A DNA stretch of 64,000 nucleotides from an uncultured Lachnospiraceae bacterium. Lineage in GTDB: Bacteria; Bacillota; Clostridia; Lachnospirales; Lachnospiraceae. Every line of letters starts with the position of its first letter. Position 1 is the stretch's first letter. The stretch covers positions 15,256 to 79,255 of the forward strand of contig CANQRR010000005.1 of NCBI GenBank assembly GCA_947626285.1. Direction: 5' to 3'. This document shows, piece by piece, positions 31,696-41,629 of the stretch. The position numbers were made by a program, and so were the translations under genes. The notes below the pieces were generated by a model. It saw only the letters and a list, made by a program, of their open reading frames with translations, did not search any database and was not told the DNA's origin.

Positions 31696-31742
31696 AACCT
31701 GAGATGATTATAAGGAGTTCACAGAAAATTCACAACCTGAGA
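31696..31742 (-). promoter_or_regulatory. Sigma-A promoter of the SBP operon, flanked by a 9-bp direct repeat
   Basis: TTGTGA (31730-31735)-17-TATAAT (31707-31712); AACCTGAGA at 31696-31704 and 31734-31742. Confidence 0.6.
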
Positions 31743-31780
31743 AAGTCAAGAAAAAACCCGAAAAATTCTAGACGATATTT

Positions 31781-33361
31781 TCAGACACTTTTCCGGAAGC
31801 GCGAAGGCGTACATCCCTTGAGCTCAATGAATTTGCGGATAAAGTAATCTCCGTCCCGGTAACCGACCTCCTCCGCGATCTCGCTGACGCGCCGGTCGGT
31901 GTTCCGCAGCAGCTTCGCCGCCTCGTTGATCCGGAAATTCGTCAGGTAATCCTTGAAGGACTGCCCGTATTTCTTCCGGAAGATCTGTCCCAGATAGGAG
32001 CTGTTGATGTAGTATTTCTTCCCAAGATCCCGGAGCGTCAGGTTCTCCGCGTAATTCCTGCGGATGTCCCGCTCGATCTCGGTAAGTACGTCGGAGGAGA
32101 CGTTCTGCCGCAGCTGCATCAGGTAATCGGCGTAATCGCAGGCGAAGCGCGACAGATGCAGCCTGCTTCCGGGGCGGATCCCGTCCTCGAACGCGCCGCT
32201 GCTGATGAAGCGCAGGATTTCTTCTTGGTCGGCGTCGCTGTCCAGCTCAGACGCCAGATGGACCAGGCGGAACAGCAGGTAATTGATGTTCAGGTTCACG
32301 CTGTCGCTCTCCATGCCGTTCTGCCGCATCTCCTGAAACAGCCGATCCACCTTCCTGCCAATCTCATCCTGCTCGTTCTGCTCGATCGCGGTGAAAAGCT
32401 CATCCAACCTCTCCTTGCACAGCATGATCCCGCCCTGCCTGACCTGCGCCTCATCTTCGTAGACGTAGATCGGTTTCCGGCTGTGGAACGCCTCCAGCGG
32501 GCGCAGAATACACGCCGTGCCGTAGGAGACGGAGACCTGGCGGATCTCCGGTACCTTTTTCCCGACCAGCAAGCGAACCTCCTGCTGCATGAGCACCTCC
32601 AGCTTCCGATGGAGCTCCCGCAGATACTCCTGCTCCGTGCAGCCCGCCTTCGCCGCCATGTAATCGCAGTAGATGAGACCGACGCCGTAGCTGACCCGGT
32701 CCTGGGAGACGTCGAACACACAGTGGGCGCTGTCCTCGCGCAACAGATTCTGACAGCTCTGGTACAGCTTGCGCTGAAGGGCGCGCAGCTCGCCCTCCTC
32801 CGCGTCCACGTCCTGCGCGTCACAGAATTCGATCTCGATGTAGCGGACGCCCTCGGACAGCTTCAGATGCTCCCTGACATAATCCAGGTTGAAGTCGTCG
32901 TGCTTCCCGAACAGAAGCGCGATGATGTTCCGTGCCAGATAGGCCTCCTCATAGCGTTCCTGGTCCTGCTGCTCCTGCTTCGCGTGCTCCGAGAGGTGAT
33001 TGTATCTGCGCAGGATGCGAAGCAGCTCCTCACGCTCCACCGGCTTGAGCAGATAATCCATGCAGCCGTCCCGCAGCGCCTGCTGCGCAAAGGCGAAATC
33101 GCTGTAGCCGCTCAGGATCACAAAACCCGCCTCTGAGATGTGCTCCCTGCGCACGGTCTCCAGAAGCTCCAGGCCGCTCATCTCCGGCATGGCGATGTCG
33201 GTGATCACAAGATCCACGGCGTTTCCCTTCAGATACTCCAGCGCCTCCCGGCCGTTCGACGCGGTCGCCGCGATCTCGTATCCCTCCGCCTTCCAGTCGA
33301 TCAGGACCAGAAGCCCCTGCGCGATAAAATATTCGTCGTCTACAAGCAGAACCTTAAGCAC
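31781..33361 (-). CDS. YesN-type response regulator (REC plus AraC HTH)
   Basis: VLLVDDE, DIAMP and DYLLKP motifs; C-terminal AraC HTH. Confidence 0.95.
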   Translation of the reverse strand: MLKVLLVDDEYFIAQGLLVLIDWKAEGYEIAATASNGREALEYLKGNAVDLVITDIAMPEMSGLELLETVRREHISEAGFVILSGYSDFAFAQQALRDGCMDYLLKPVEREELLRILRRYNHLSEHAKQEQQDQERYEEAYLARNIIALLFGKHDDFNLDYVREHLKLSEGVRYIEIEFCDAQDVDAEEGELRALQRKLYQSCQNLLREDSAHCVFDVSQDRVSYGVGLIYCDYMAAKAGCTEQEYLRELHRKLEVLMQQEVRLLVGKKVPEIRQVSVSYGTACILRPLEAFHSRKPIYVYEDEAQVRQGGIMLCKERLDELFTAIEQNEQDEIGRKVDRLFQEMRQNGMESDSVNLNINYLLFRLVHLASELDSDADQEEILRFISSGAFEDGIRPGSRLHLSRFACDYADYLMQLRQNVSSDVLTEIERDIRRNYAENLTLRDLGKKYYINSSYLGQIFRKKYGQSFKDYLTNFRINEAAKLLRNTDRRVSEIAEEVGYRDGDYFIRKFIELKGCTPSRFRKSV

Positions 33362-35144
33362 TTGTCTCTCCTTTCCGCGGCAAAAACGGCATGCGAATGG
33401 ACACCGTGGTGCCGATGCCCTTCTCGCTCTCCACCAGGAATTTCGCCTTGCCGCTCGTCAGCATCCGAAGGCGCAGGCACACATTTACGATCCCCACGCG
33501 TCCCTTTTCCTTCAGCATGTCGATGCTCGCGTTCTCCATCCGGTACCGGAGCGCCTTAAGCTCATCCTCCTCCATGCCTCCGCCGGTATCCTCCACCTCG
33601 ATGCACAGTTCCTCCCCGTCGCGGTACACCCGCACAAAGATCCACCCGGGCGTCGTCTTGCTCTCAAGCCCATGTACGCACGCGTTCTCCGCCAGCGTCG
33701 TGATCGTAAGCCGCGGGATCTCCTGCTCGCGGCATTCCTCCCCAATCTCAAGACGGTAGGACAGGCGGTCGCCAAAGCGGTACTTCTGCAGCTCCAGATA
33801 CGCCTCGACGAACTCCATCTCCCGGCTGACCGTCGCGGTGTCCGAAGTCCAGTCCACCGTCTGACGCTCCATGATCGCCAGCTTCTCCACCATGCCTGCC
33901 GTCTCGTATTCCTTTTTCAGAATGCTGTGCATGCGGATACTCTCCAGCGCGTTGAACAAAAAATGCGGATTGATCTGGCTGTGGAGGGCAAGAAGCTCCG
34001 CGCTTTGGCGGGCAATGTCGATCTCCTGCTCCCGCAGCCGGTCCTTGTACACCGTCTGGATCAGCCCGTTCATGCGATCCGCCATGCGGTTGTAATCCCC
34101 CATCATGCTGCCAATCTCATCTTCTCCGCTCGGGCCGTAGATCTTCGGCAGGGTATCCCTGCCCACCTGGGCGAACGCCTCGCTGAGCCTGCCGATGCGG
34201 GCCGTGATCGATCTGCCGATCTGCCTCGTCAGAAACCAGGGGAGAACGATGTTGATCAGCAGCAGCAGGACAAGCATCGGAAGGTTGTCTATGAGCACCC
34301 GGAAGATGTTGATCTTTTCACTCCGGATGCGAATGCTCAGTTCCTCACCATAAAGGATAAAGTCTTTTTGATATCCGACCTTTCCGTCCGGGACGAACTC
34401 CTCGAACGGCTGTCCGACGTTGTTCGGGCCTTCGTTCGAAAACAGTAGCTCATCGCCCCTGCACAGATAGATGGAATTCTCATAGTTCAGGTTGCGGATG
34501 TTGCGCTCCATCTCGCCGTAGTCGATCTCGATCTTCAGCAGCTTCTCCGTATCGTCGTTCAGAAAGCGGTTCAGCCTGCGCAGAAACAGCGCCTTCCGCT
34601 CCGCCTTCTCATAGGGAACATTCAGGTCGTCGTAAAAGAACAGCAGCAGAACGTCCTGGGAACTCTCCTGCAGCTTCCGGTACCACGGCGTCTCCACAAC
34701 ATTCGACAGCCGCTGGAAGCCGCCGCCATCCACGATCGTCTCATTGTCCGCATAGATCGTGATCTTCGTATTGTCCACGCCCATGTTGCTGCCAAGCAGC
34801 GAATTCCGCATGAACCTCTGATGCGCGACCACGTAGTCCAGCTCGCTCTCATACTGCTCGTCCAGAAATTCCTGCACGTATTCATTCATATAGAAGTTTT
34901 TGGCCGTGGCGGCGGAATTCTCCACAAAGCTCGTGATGCTGTACTGCACCGCGCTCGCCTGCGCCTCCATCTCATGCTGCCGCTCCTTCTGCTCGGTCCG
35001 GACCAGGCTGTACAGGATCACGCCGTCCGTCACGACGAGCGGGATCAGGACGCAGAAAAAATAGAGCCCGTAGAGTTTTTTCCTCAGGCTGATGTCGTTT
35101 AACCAGTCTCTCCATTTTTCGATCCATGCCGATGTGTGTTCCAT
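33354..35144 (-). CDS. YesM-type sensor histidine kinase
   Basis: Two TM helices, HAMP, LHSQINPHFLFNALE, ENACVHG and HATPase domain. Confidence 0.95.
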   Translation of the reverse strand: MEHTSAWIEKWRDWLNDISLRKKLYGLYFFCVLIPLVVTDGVILYSLVRTEQKERQHEMEAQASAVQYSITSFVENSAATAKNFYMNEYVQEFLDEQYESELDYVVAHQRFMRNSLLGSNMGVDNTKITIYADNETIVDGGGFQRLSNVVETPWYRKLQESSQDVLLLFFYDDLNVPYEKAERKALFLRRLNRFLNDDTEKLLKIEIDYGEMERNIRNLNYENSIYLCRGDELLFSNEGPNNVGQPFEEFVPDGKVGYQKDFILYGEELSIRIRSEKINIFRVLIDNLPMLVLLLLINIVLPWFLTRQIGRSITARIGRLSEAFAQVGRDTLPKIYGPSGEDEIGSMMGDYNRMADRMNGLIQTVYKDRLREQEIDIARQSAELLALHSQINPHFLFNALESIRMHSILKKEYETAGMVEKLAIMERQTVDWTSDTATVSREMEFVEAYLELQKYRFGDRLSYRLEIGEECREQEIPRLTITTLAENACVHGLESKTTPGWIFVRVYRDGEELCIEVEDTGGGMEEDELKALRYRMENASIDMLKEKGRVGIVNVCLRLRMLTSGKAKFLVESEKGIGTTVSIRMPFLPRKGETSA

Positions 35145-35267
35145 GTCCGATCCCGCCGCCGGCTTCCGTGTCCCTTCTGTGCGAAACAGTTTCCTTTATT
35201 ATATGTTACTCCGTCGAATTTTACAATAACAAATCGAAATCCCGATGTTTTTTCACCATAAGCGACA

Positions 35268-35307
35268 AAAAAGGATATTCCGAAAGCACATGCTCCCGGA
35301 ATATCCT
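35268..35307 (-). terminator. Intrinsic terminator of gltBD
   Basis: 11-bp stem AGGATATTCCG/CGGAATATCCT followed by a U-tract on the minus strand. Confidence 0.85.
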
Positions 35308-35334
35308 CCCGCAGATCTCTTATTCCCTTTTCCC

Positions 35335-36819
35335 TTACAGGTTCGTGTAACCCATCAGGTAGCGGTCGACTTCCTTCGCCGCCTCTCTGCCTTCGCGGAT
35401 CGCCCAGACGACAAGCGACTGCCCGCGGTGCATATCGCCGGCGGTGAAGACCTTCGGCACGCTGGTCGCGTACTCGTCCGGCTTCGTCGCCACGTTTGTG
35501 CGCGGATTCAGCTCCACCTTGAACGCGTCGGTCACATATTTCTGGGAACCCAGGAAGCCCGCCGCGATCAGCACAAGGTCCGCCTTGACCGTCCACTCGC
35601 TGCCCTCGACCGGCACCATCACCATGCGCCCGGTCTTCTCGTCCTTCTTGCTCTCAAGCTTCACGAGGACGGCCTTTGTCACTTCGCCCTTTTTGTTCGC
35701 GATGAATTCCTTGACCGTCGTCGTGTAGATGCGCGGGTCGGAGCCGTAGAGCGCGATCGCTTCCTGATGGCCGTAGTCGGTCTTCAGCACGCGCGGCCAC
35801 TGCGGCCACGGGTTGTTCTCGGCGCGCTGCACCGGCGGCTGGGGCATCATCTCCAGCATCGTCACGGACGCTGCGCCGAGACGGATCGACGTGCCGCAGC
35901 AATCGTTTCCGGTGTCGCCGCCGCCGATGATGATCACGTGTTTATCCTTCGCGGAGATAAACTTCTTGTCCTTGAAATCCGAATCCAGAAGGCTCTTCGT
36001 CGTCGCCTTCAGGAAATCCACCGCAAAGTAGATCCCCTTGGAGTCGCGCCCCGGCACCTGGATGTCGCGCGGGTTCGACGCGCCGCAGCACAGCACGATC
36101 GCGTCGTAATTCTTCATCAGCTCGTCGGCGCTCACGTTCTCGCCGATATTCGCGTTCGTGACAAACTCGATGCCTTCCTCCTCCATCAGCGCGATGCGGC
36201 GGTCGATCACCGATTTCTCGATCTTCATGTTCGGGATGCCGTAGCGCAGCAGCCCGCCGACGCGGTCGTTCCGCTCGTAGACCGTCACCTTGTGGCCCCG
36301 CTTGTTGAGCTGCAGCGCCGTCGCCAGTCCGGACGGACCACTGCCGACCACCGCCACCTTCTTGCCGGTGCGCACCTGTGGAGGGCAGGCCTTCACAAGA
36401 CCGGTCTCAAACGCGTGCTCGATGATCGCGCGCTCGTTCTCTTTCGTCGCCACGGGCTCGCCGTTCAAGTTGCAGGTACAGGCCGCCTCACACAGCGCCG
36501 GGCAGACGCGTGAGGTAAACTCGGGGAAGCAGTGCGTCTTCGTCAGGCGCTTGTAGGCCTCCTCCCAGTTGCCCAGATAGACCAGGTCGTTGCTCTCCGG
36601 CACGAGGTTGTTCAGCGGACAGCCCGAGGCCATCCCCGCGATCATCATGCCCGCCTGGCAGAACGGCACGCCGCACGCCATACACCTTGCGCCTTGCAGG
36701 CGCTGCTTCTCCAGAGAGAGCGGAATGTGGAATTCATTGAAGTTTTTGATGCGTTCCAGCGGTGCGATCTCCTGGCTGTTCTCACGTTCATAATCCAAAA
36801 ATCCTGTCGGTTTTCCCAT
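35335..36819 (-). CDS. gltD: Glutamate synthase small subunit
   Basis: MGKPTGF, RCMACGVPFC, VVGSGPSG, IIGGGDTGNDC and GQSLVVWAI motifs. Confidence 0.98.
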   Translation of the reverse strand: MGKPTGFLDYERENSQEIAPLERIKNFNEFHIPLSLEKQRLQGARCMACGVPFCQAGMMIAGMASGCPLNNLVPESNDLVYLGNWEEAYKRLTKTHCFPEFTSRVCPALCEAACTCNLNGEPVATKENERAIIEHAFETGLVKACPPQVRTGKKVAVVGSGPSGLATALQLNKRGHKVTVYERNDRVGGLLRYGIPNMKIEKSVIDRRIALMEEEGIEFVTNANIGENVSADELMKNYDAIVLCCGASNPRDIQVPGRDSKGIYFAVDFLKATTKSLLDSDFKDKKFISAKDKHVIIIGGGDTGNDCCGTSIRLGAASVTMLEMMPQPPVQRAENNPWPQWPRVLKTDYGHQEAIALYGSDPRIYTTTVKEFIANKKGEVTKAVLVKLESKKDEKTGRMVMVPVEGSEWTVKADLVLIAAGFLGSQKYVTDAFKVELNPRTNVATKPDEYATSVPKVFTAGDMHRGQSLVVWAIREGREAAKEVDRYLMGYTNL

Positions 36820-36831
36820 TCTTCACACCTC

Positions 36832-39800
36832 CTACTCTTCCTGGCCGGCCGCGATCGCGTAGAACGCTTCGATCTGCGCCTGCTCGCTGCTTAAGCCCTT
36901 CTCTTCCATCTGGACGATCGCCATCTGCATCTTCTTGTACTCGTGCGGGATGATCTTCTTGAACTTCGGAAGGTAGGTCCCGAAATCGTCGAGCACCTTC
37001 TTGCCCTTCTCGGAATTCGTATATTTCACATGCTCATTGATGATATCCTTCAGCTCCAACACGTCGTACTTGGATGTAATCTTCTCGATCGAGACCATGT
37101 TCTTGTTGACCTTCGTGTAGAGGTCATTGTCCTCGTCCAACACGTAGGCGATGCCGCCGCTCATGCCGGCCGCGAAGTTCTTGCCGACCTTGCCGAGCAC
37201 GACCGCGCGTCCGCCGGTCATGTACTCGCAACCGTGGTCCCCGACGCCCTCGACGACCGTGACCGCGCCGGAGTTTCGCACGCAGAAGCGCTCGCCGGCC
37301 ACGCCGTTGATGAACGCCTTGCCGCTCGTCGCGCCGTACAGCGCCACGTTTCCGACGATAATGTTCTCATCGTGTGCGAATTTCACGCCCTGCGGCGGAT
37401 AGACGATCAGCTTGCCGCCGGAAAGTCCCTTGCCGAAATAGTCGTTGCTGTCGCCGACCAGCTCGAGCGTCAGTCCTCTCGGGATGAACGCGCCGAAGCT
37501 CTGGCCGCCCGCGCCGTGGCACTTCACCGTGTAAGTGTCGTCCTCCAGTCCCTCCGGGTATTTCCTCGTGATCTCGGAGCCGAAGATCGTGCCGAAGGTG
37601 CGGTCCACGTTGGAGACGTCCACCTCCACGCTGCGCTTCTGTCCGCTCTCCAGCGCGCTGCCAAGCTTCGCAAGCAGCACCTTCATATCCTTCGTCTTCT
37701 CCAGACCGAAGTCAAACTCCTGCGCCTTGTCGAAGGTCACCTTCGCCTTCGGGTCCAGATACGGATTGTCAAGGATATTGCTCAGATCGATCAACGCGCC
37801 CTTCGGGTTCTCGCAGTTGTCCTTCTTCTTTAACAGGTCGCTGCGCCCGACCATCTCGTCAAGCGTGCGGAAGCCGAGTTTCGCCATGTATTCGCGCAGA
37901 TCCTGCGCAATGAATCTCATAAAGTTCACCACGTACTCCGGCTTGCCGCGGAAACGCTTGCGCAACTCCGGATTCTGCGTCGCCACGCCCACCGGACAGG
38001 TGTCGAGGTTGCAAACGCGCATCATCACACAACCCATCGTCACCAGTGGGCCGGTCGCGAAACCGAATTCCTCCGCTCCCAGAAGCGCCGCGATCGCCAC
38101 GTCGCGCCCGCTCATCAGCTTGCCGTCCGTCTCGATGCGTACCTTGTTGCGCAGGCCGTTCATAATCAGCGTCTGGTGCGTCTCGGCAAGTCCCAGTTCC
38201 CACGGAAGTCCCGCATGGTGGATCGAACTTCTCGGCGCCGCGCCCGTGCCTCCGTCGTAGCCGGAGATCAGGATCACCTGCGCGCCCGCCTTCGCCACAC
38301 CCGCGGCGACCGTGCCGACGCCCGCCTCGGACACCAGCTTCACCGAGATGTCCGCCTGGCGGTTCGCGTTCTTCAGGTCGTAGATCAGCTGCGCCAGATC
38401 CTCGATCGAATAGATATCATGGTGCGGCGGCGGGGAGATCAGGCTCACGCCCGGCGTCGAATGCCTCGTCTTCGCGATCCACGGATAGACCTTCTTGCCC
38501 GGAAGGTGTCCGCCCTCGCCCGGCTTCGCGCCCTGCGCCATCTTGATCTGGATCTCCTTCGCGCTCACAAGGTAGCGGGAGGTCACGCCGAAGCGTCCCG
38601 ACGCCACCTGCTTGATCGCGGAACAGCGGTTCTTGCCGTCCGGGCCAATCACCAGGCGCTCCAGGCTCTCGCCGCCCTCGCCGGTGTTCGACTTGCCGTG
38701 CAGCATGTTCATCGCGATCGCCAGCGTCTCGTGCGCCTCCTGTGAGATGGAGCCGTAGGACATGGCGCCGGTCTTGAAGCGCTTCACGATCTCGTCCACG
38801 CTCTCGACCTCCTCGATCGGAACGCCCTTCTCCGGGAACTTAAAATCCATCGTGCTGCGGATGTAGCCGGACTCTTCCTTATTCACAAGCTCCGTGAACT
38901 CCTTGAACATCTGGTAGTTGCCGGTCCGCGTCGACTCCTGGAGCAGGTGGATCGTCAGCGGATTGTAGCGGTGATGCTCGCCGGCGCTCCTCGACTTGTG
39001 CCAGCCCTGGCTGTCAAGCGTCAGATCCTCTCTGAGCCCCAGCGGGTCGAAGGCCTTTGTGTGACGCTCGTCCACGTCGCGCTCGATATCCTCCATCGTG
39101 ATGCCGCCGATGCGGCTGACCGTGTTCGTAAAGTATTTCTCAATGACGTCCGCGCTGATGCCGATCGCCTCGAAGATCTGGGAACCTTGGTACGACTGGA
39201 TCGTGGAGATTCCCATCTTGGACGCAATCTTGACGATGCCGTCGATGATCGCCTGGTTGTAATCGTTGACCGCCGCGTAGTAGTCTTTCTCAAGCATGCC
39301 GGTGTCGATCAGCTGGTGGATCGTATCCAACGCCAGATACGGGTTGATCGCGCTCGCGCCATAGCCCAGAAGCGTCGCGAAATGATGCACCTCTCTTGGC
39401 TCGCCCGTCTCAAGGATCAGCGCCAGGGACGTGCGCCGCTTCGTCTTGACCAGATACTGGTTGACCGCTGAGATCGCCAGCAGCGAAGGGATCGGCACGC
39501 GGAACTCGTCGATGCCCTTGTCCGTCAGGACAAGGATATTCGCCCCGTCGCGGAACGCCCGGTCCACCTCAAGGAAGAGGTGATCCATCGCCTTCTCAAG
39601 GCCGGTGTTCTTGTAGAACGTGATCGGGATCTCGGCCACCTTGAAGCCCGGCACCTTCATATGCTTGATCTTCAGCATGTCGGTGTTCGTCAGGATCGGA
39701 TTCTCGATCTTGAGCACCTGGCAGTTCTCCGGCTGTTCCTGGAGCAGGTTGCCCTCCATGCCGATGTACATCGTTTTCGACGTCACGACCTTCTCGCGGA

Positions 39801-41397
39801 TCGCGTCGATCGGCGGGTTCGTGACCTGCGCGAACAATTGCTTGAAGTAGTTGAACAGCGGCTGGTGCCTGCCGGAGAGCACGGCCAGCGGCGTGTCGAT
39901 ACCCATCGCGCTGATGCCCTCTCCGCCGTTCTCCGCCATTGTCAGGATCGACGTGCGGTAGTCCTCGTAGCTGTATCCGAACGCCTTCATCAGACGCATC
40001 CGCATCTCATCGGAGTAGGTCTCGACGCGCTTGTTCGGGATCTTGATGTCCTTGAGCTTCACCAGATACTGGTCAAGCCACTCGCCGTACGGCTGACGGG
40101 ACGCGTATTTTGTCTTGAGCTCCTCATCATCGATCACCCTGCCCTGAATCGTGTCGACCAGCAGCATCTTGCCCGGATGCAGCCGTTCCTTCAGCACGAT
40201 CTTCGCCGGATCGATGTCCAGCACGCCGACCTCGGACGAGAGAATCACATAACCGTCGCTCGTCACGTAGTAGCGGGACGGACGCAGACCGTTGCGGTCG
40301 AGCACCGCGCCCATGATATCACCGTCTGAGAAGAGGATCGAAGCCGGGCCGTCCCACGGCTCCATCATCGTCGCGTAGTACTGGTAAAAGTCTTTCTTCT
40401 TCTGGGACATCACGCTGTTGTTCGCCCACGGCTCCGGGATCAGGATCATGACCGCAAGCGCCAGGTCCATGCCGTTCATCGTCAGGAACTCCAGCGTGTT
40501 GTCAAGCATCGCAGAGTCGGAGCCCTTCGCGTTGATCACCGGCAGCACCTTGTGCATGTCGTTCTCCATATATTCGGAGGACATTGTCTCCTCGCGCGCC
40601 AGCATCTTGTCGGCGTTGCCGCGGATCGTGTTGATCTCGCCGTTATGTACGATGAAGCGGTACGGATGCGCCCTCTCCCAGCTCGGGTTCGTGTTCGTGC
40701 TGAACCTGGAGTGCACGATCGCGATCGCCGACTCGTAGTCCGGGCTCTGCAGATCCGTAAAGAACGTGCGCAGCTGCCCCACCAGGAACATGCCCTTGTA
40801 GATGATCGTACGGCTCGAGAGCGACACCACGTAGGTCGTGTCGTTCGACTGTTCGAACGCCCTGCGAACCACGTACAGTCTGCGGTCAAACGCCAGTCCC
40901 TTCTCTACGTCCTTCGGGCGCTCCACGAATGCCTGCTCGATGCAGGGCATCTTTTCCAGCGCCTTGTGTCCAAGCACTTTCGGGACGGTCGGCACCTGAC
41001 GCCAGCCCAGGAACTTCAGACCCTCCTTCGTCACGATGCTCTCAAACATCTTCTTGGACTGGTTCCGCGCGAGTACATCCTGCGGGAAGAAGAACATGCC
41101 TACGCCGTAGTCCCTCTCTTCGCCCAAAAAAATACCAAGGTCCAAACAGGCTTTGCGGAAGAATTTGTGTGAGATCTGCATCATGATCCCTACTCCGTCT
41201 CCTGTCTTTCCCTCGGCGTCTTTGCCAGCTCTGTGTTCCAGATTTTCTACAATACTGAGTGCGTTCTCCACTGTCTGGTGAGTCTTGATCCCCTTGATGT
41301 TGACGACTGCGCCGATGCCGCAGTTGTCATGCTCAAACTCGGACCGATACAGCCCCGGGCTCACACAGGCAGGATTTGGATTCCTTCTCACATCCAT
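36832..41397 (-). CDS. gltB: Glutamate synthase large subunit
   Basis: EHDNCGIG (catalytic Cys), HSRFSTNT, MEPWDGP, MSYGSIS, GAKPGEGG, CNLDTCPVG and GXGXG domain. Confidence 0.98.
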   Translation of the reverse strand: MDVRRNPNPACVSPGLYRSEFEHDNCGIGAVVNIKGIKTHQTVENALSIVENLEHRAGKDAEGKTGDGVGIMMQISHKFFRKACLDLGIFLGEERDYGVGMFFFPQDVLARNQSKKMFESIVTKEGLKFLGWRQVPTVPKVLGHKALEKMPCIEQAFVERPKDVEKGLAFDRRLYVVRRAFEQSNDTTYVVSLSSRTIIYKGMFLVGQLRTFFTDLQSPDYESAIAIVHSRFSTNTNPSWERAHPYRFIVHNGEINTIRGNADKMLAREETMSSEYMENDMHKVLPVINAKGSDSAMLDNTLEFLTMNGMDLALAVMILIPEPWANNSVMSQKKKDFYQYYATMMEPWDGPASILFSDGDIMGAVLDRNGLRPSRYYVTSDGYVILSSEVGVLDIDPAKIVLKERLHPGKMLLVDTIQGRVIDDEELKTKYASRQPYGEWLDQYLVKLKDIKIPNKRVETYSDEMRMRLMKAFGYSYEDYRTSILTMAENGGEGISAMGIDTPLAVLSGRHQPLFNYFKQLFAQVTNPPIDAIREKVVTSKTMYIGMEGNLLQEQPENCQVLKIENPILTNTDMLKIKHMKVPGFKVAEIPITFYKNTGLEKAMDHLFLEVDRAFRDGANILVLTDKGIDEFRVPIPSLLAISAVNQYLVKTKRRTSLALILETGEPREVHHFATLLGYGASAINPYLALDTIHQLIDTGMLEKDYYAAVNDYNQAIIDGIVKIASKMGISTIQSYQGSQIFEAIGISADVIEKYFTNTVSRIGGITMEDIERDVDERHTKAFDPLGLREDLTLDSQGWHKSRSAGEHHRYNPLTIHLLQESTRTGNYQMFKEFTELVNKEESGYIRSTMDFKFPEKGVPIEEVESVDEIVKRFKTGAMSYGSISQEAHETLAIAMNMLHGKSNTGEGGESLERLVIGPDGKNRCSAIKQVASGRFGVTSRYLVSAKEIQIKMAQGAKPGEGGHLPGKKVYPWIAKTRHSTPGVSLISPPPHHDIYSIEDLAQLIYDLKNANRQADISVKLVSEAGVGTVAAGVAKAGAQVILISGYDGGTGAAPRSSIHHAGLPWELGLAETHQTLIMNGLRNKVRIETDGKLMSGRDVAIAALLGAEEFGFATGPLVTMGCVMMRVCNLDTCPVGVATQNPELRKRFRGKPEYVVNFMRFIAQDLREYMAKLGFRTLDEMVGRSDLLKKKDNCENPKGALIDLSNILDNPYLDPKAKVTFDKAQEFDFGLEKTKDMKVLLAKLGSALESGQKRSVEVDVSNVDRTFGTIFGSEITRKYPEGLEDDTYTVKCHGAGGQSFGAFIPRGLTLELVGDSNDYFGKGLSGGKLIVYPPQGVKFAHDENIIVGNVALYGATSGKAFINGVAGERFCVRNSGAVTVVEGVGDHGCEYMTGGRAVVLGKVGKNFAAGMSGGIAYVLDEDNDLYTKVNKNMVSIEKITSKYDVLELKDIINEHVKYTNSEKGKKVLDDFGTYLPKFKKIIPHEYKKMQMAIVQMEEKGLSSEQAQIEAFYAIAAGQEE

Positions 41398-41429
41398 CCT
41401 GACTCCTCCTGTCACGCTGTGATATATAC

Positions 41430-41530
41430 GCAGGCGGAAAATACGGACCCGCCGCCTGCTATTACTGCATACTATACACCCGATTGCCTCATCTGTAAAT
41501 AAAAACTTTTCTTATAATTATCTGATAATA
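41430..41530 (-). promoter_or_regulatory. gltB promoter, leader hairpin and CodY-like box
   Basis: TTTACA (41494-41499)-17-TATAGT (41471-41476); hairpin GCAGGCGG..CCGCCTGC at 41430-41459; AATTATCTGATAATA (41516-41530) matches the CodY consensus at 12/15. Confidence 0.6.
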
Positions 41531-41629
41531 TGAATATTCTGTCTTCAACCATTAAATTTTCTATTTATTTTAGAGAGATATCTTCGCATATATGGAAACC
41601 GCAGACAATTCCTCCTGTATTTTTCTCCG

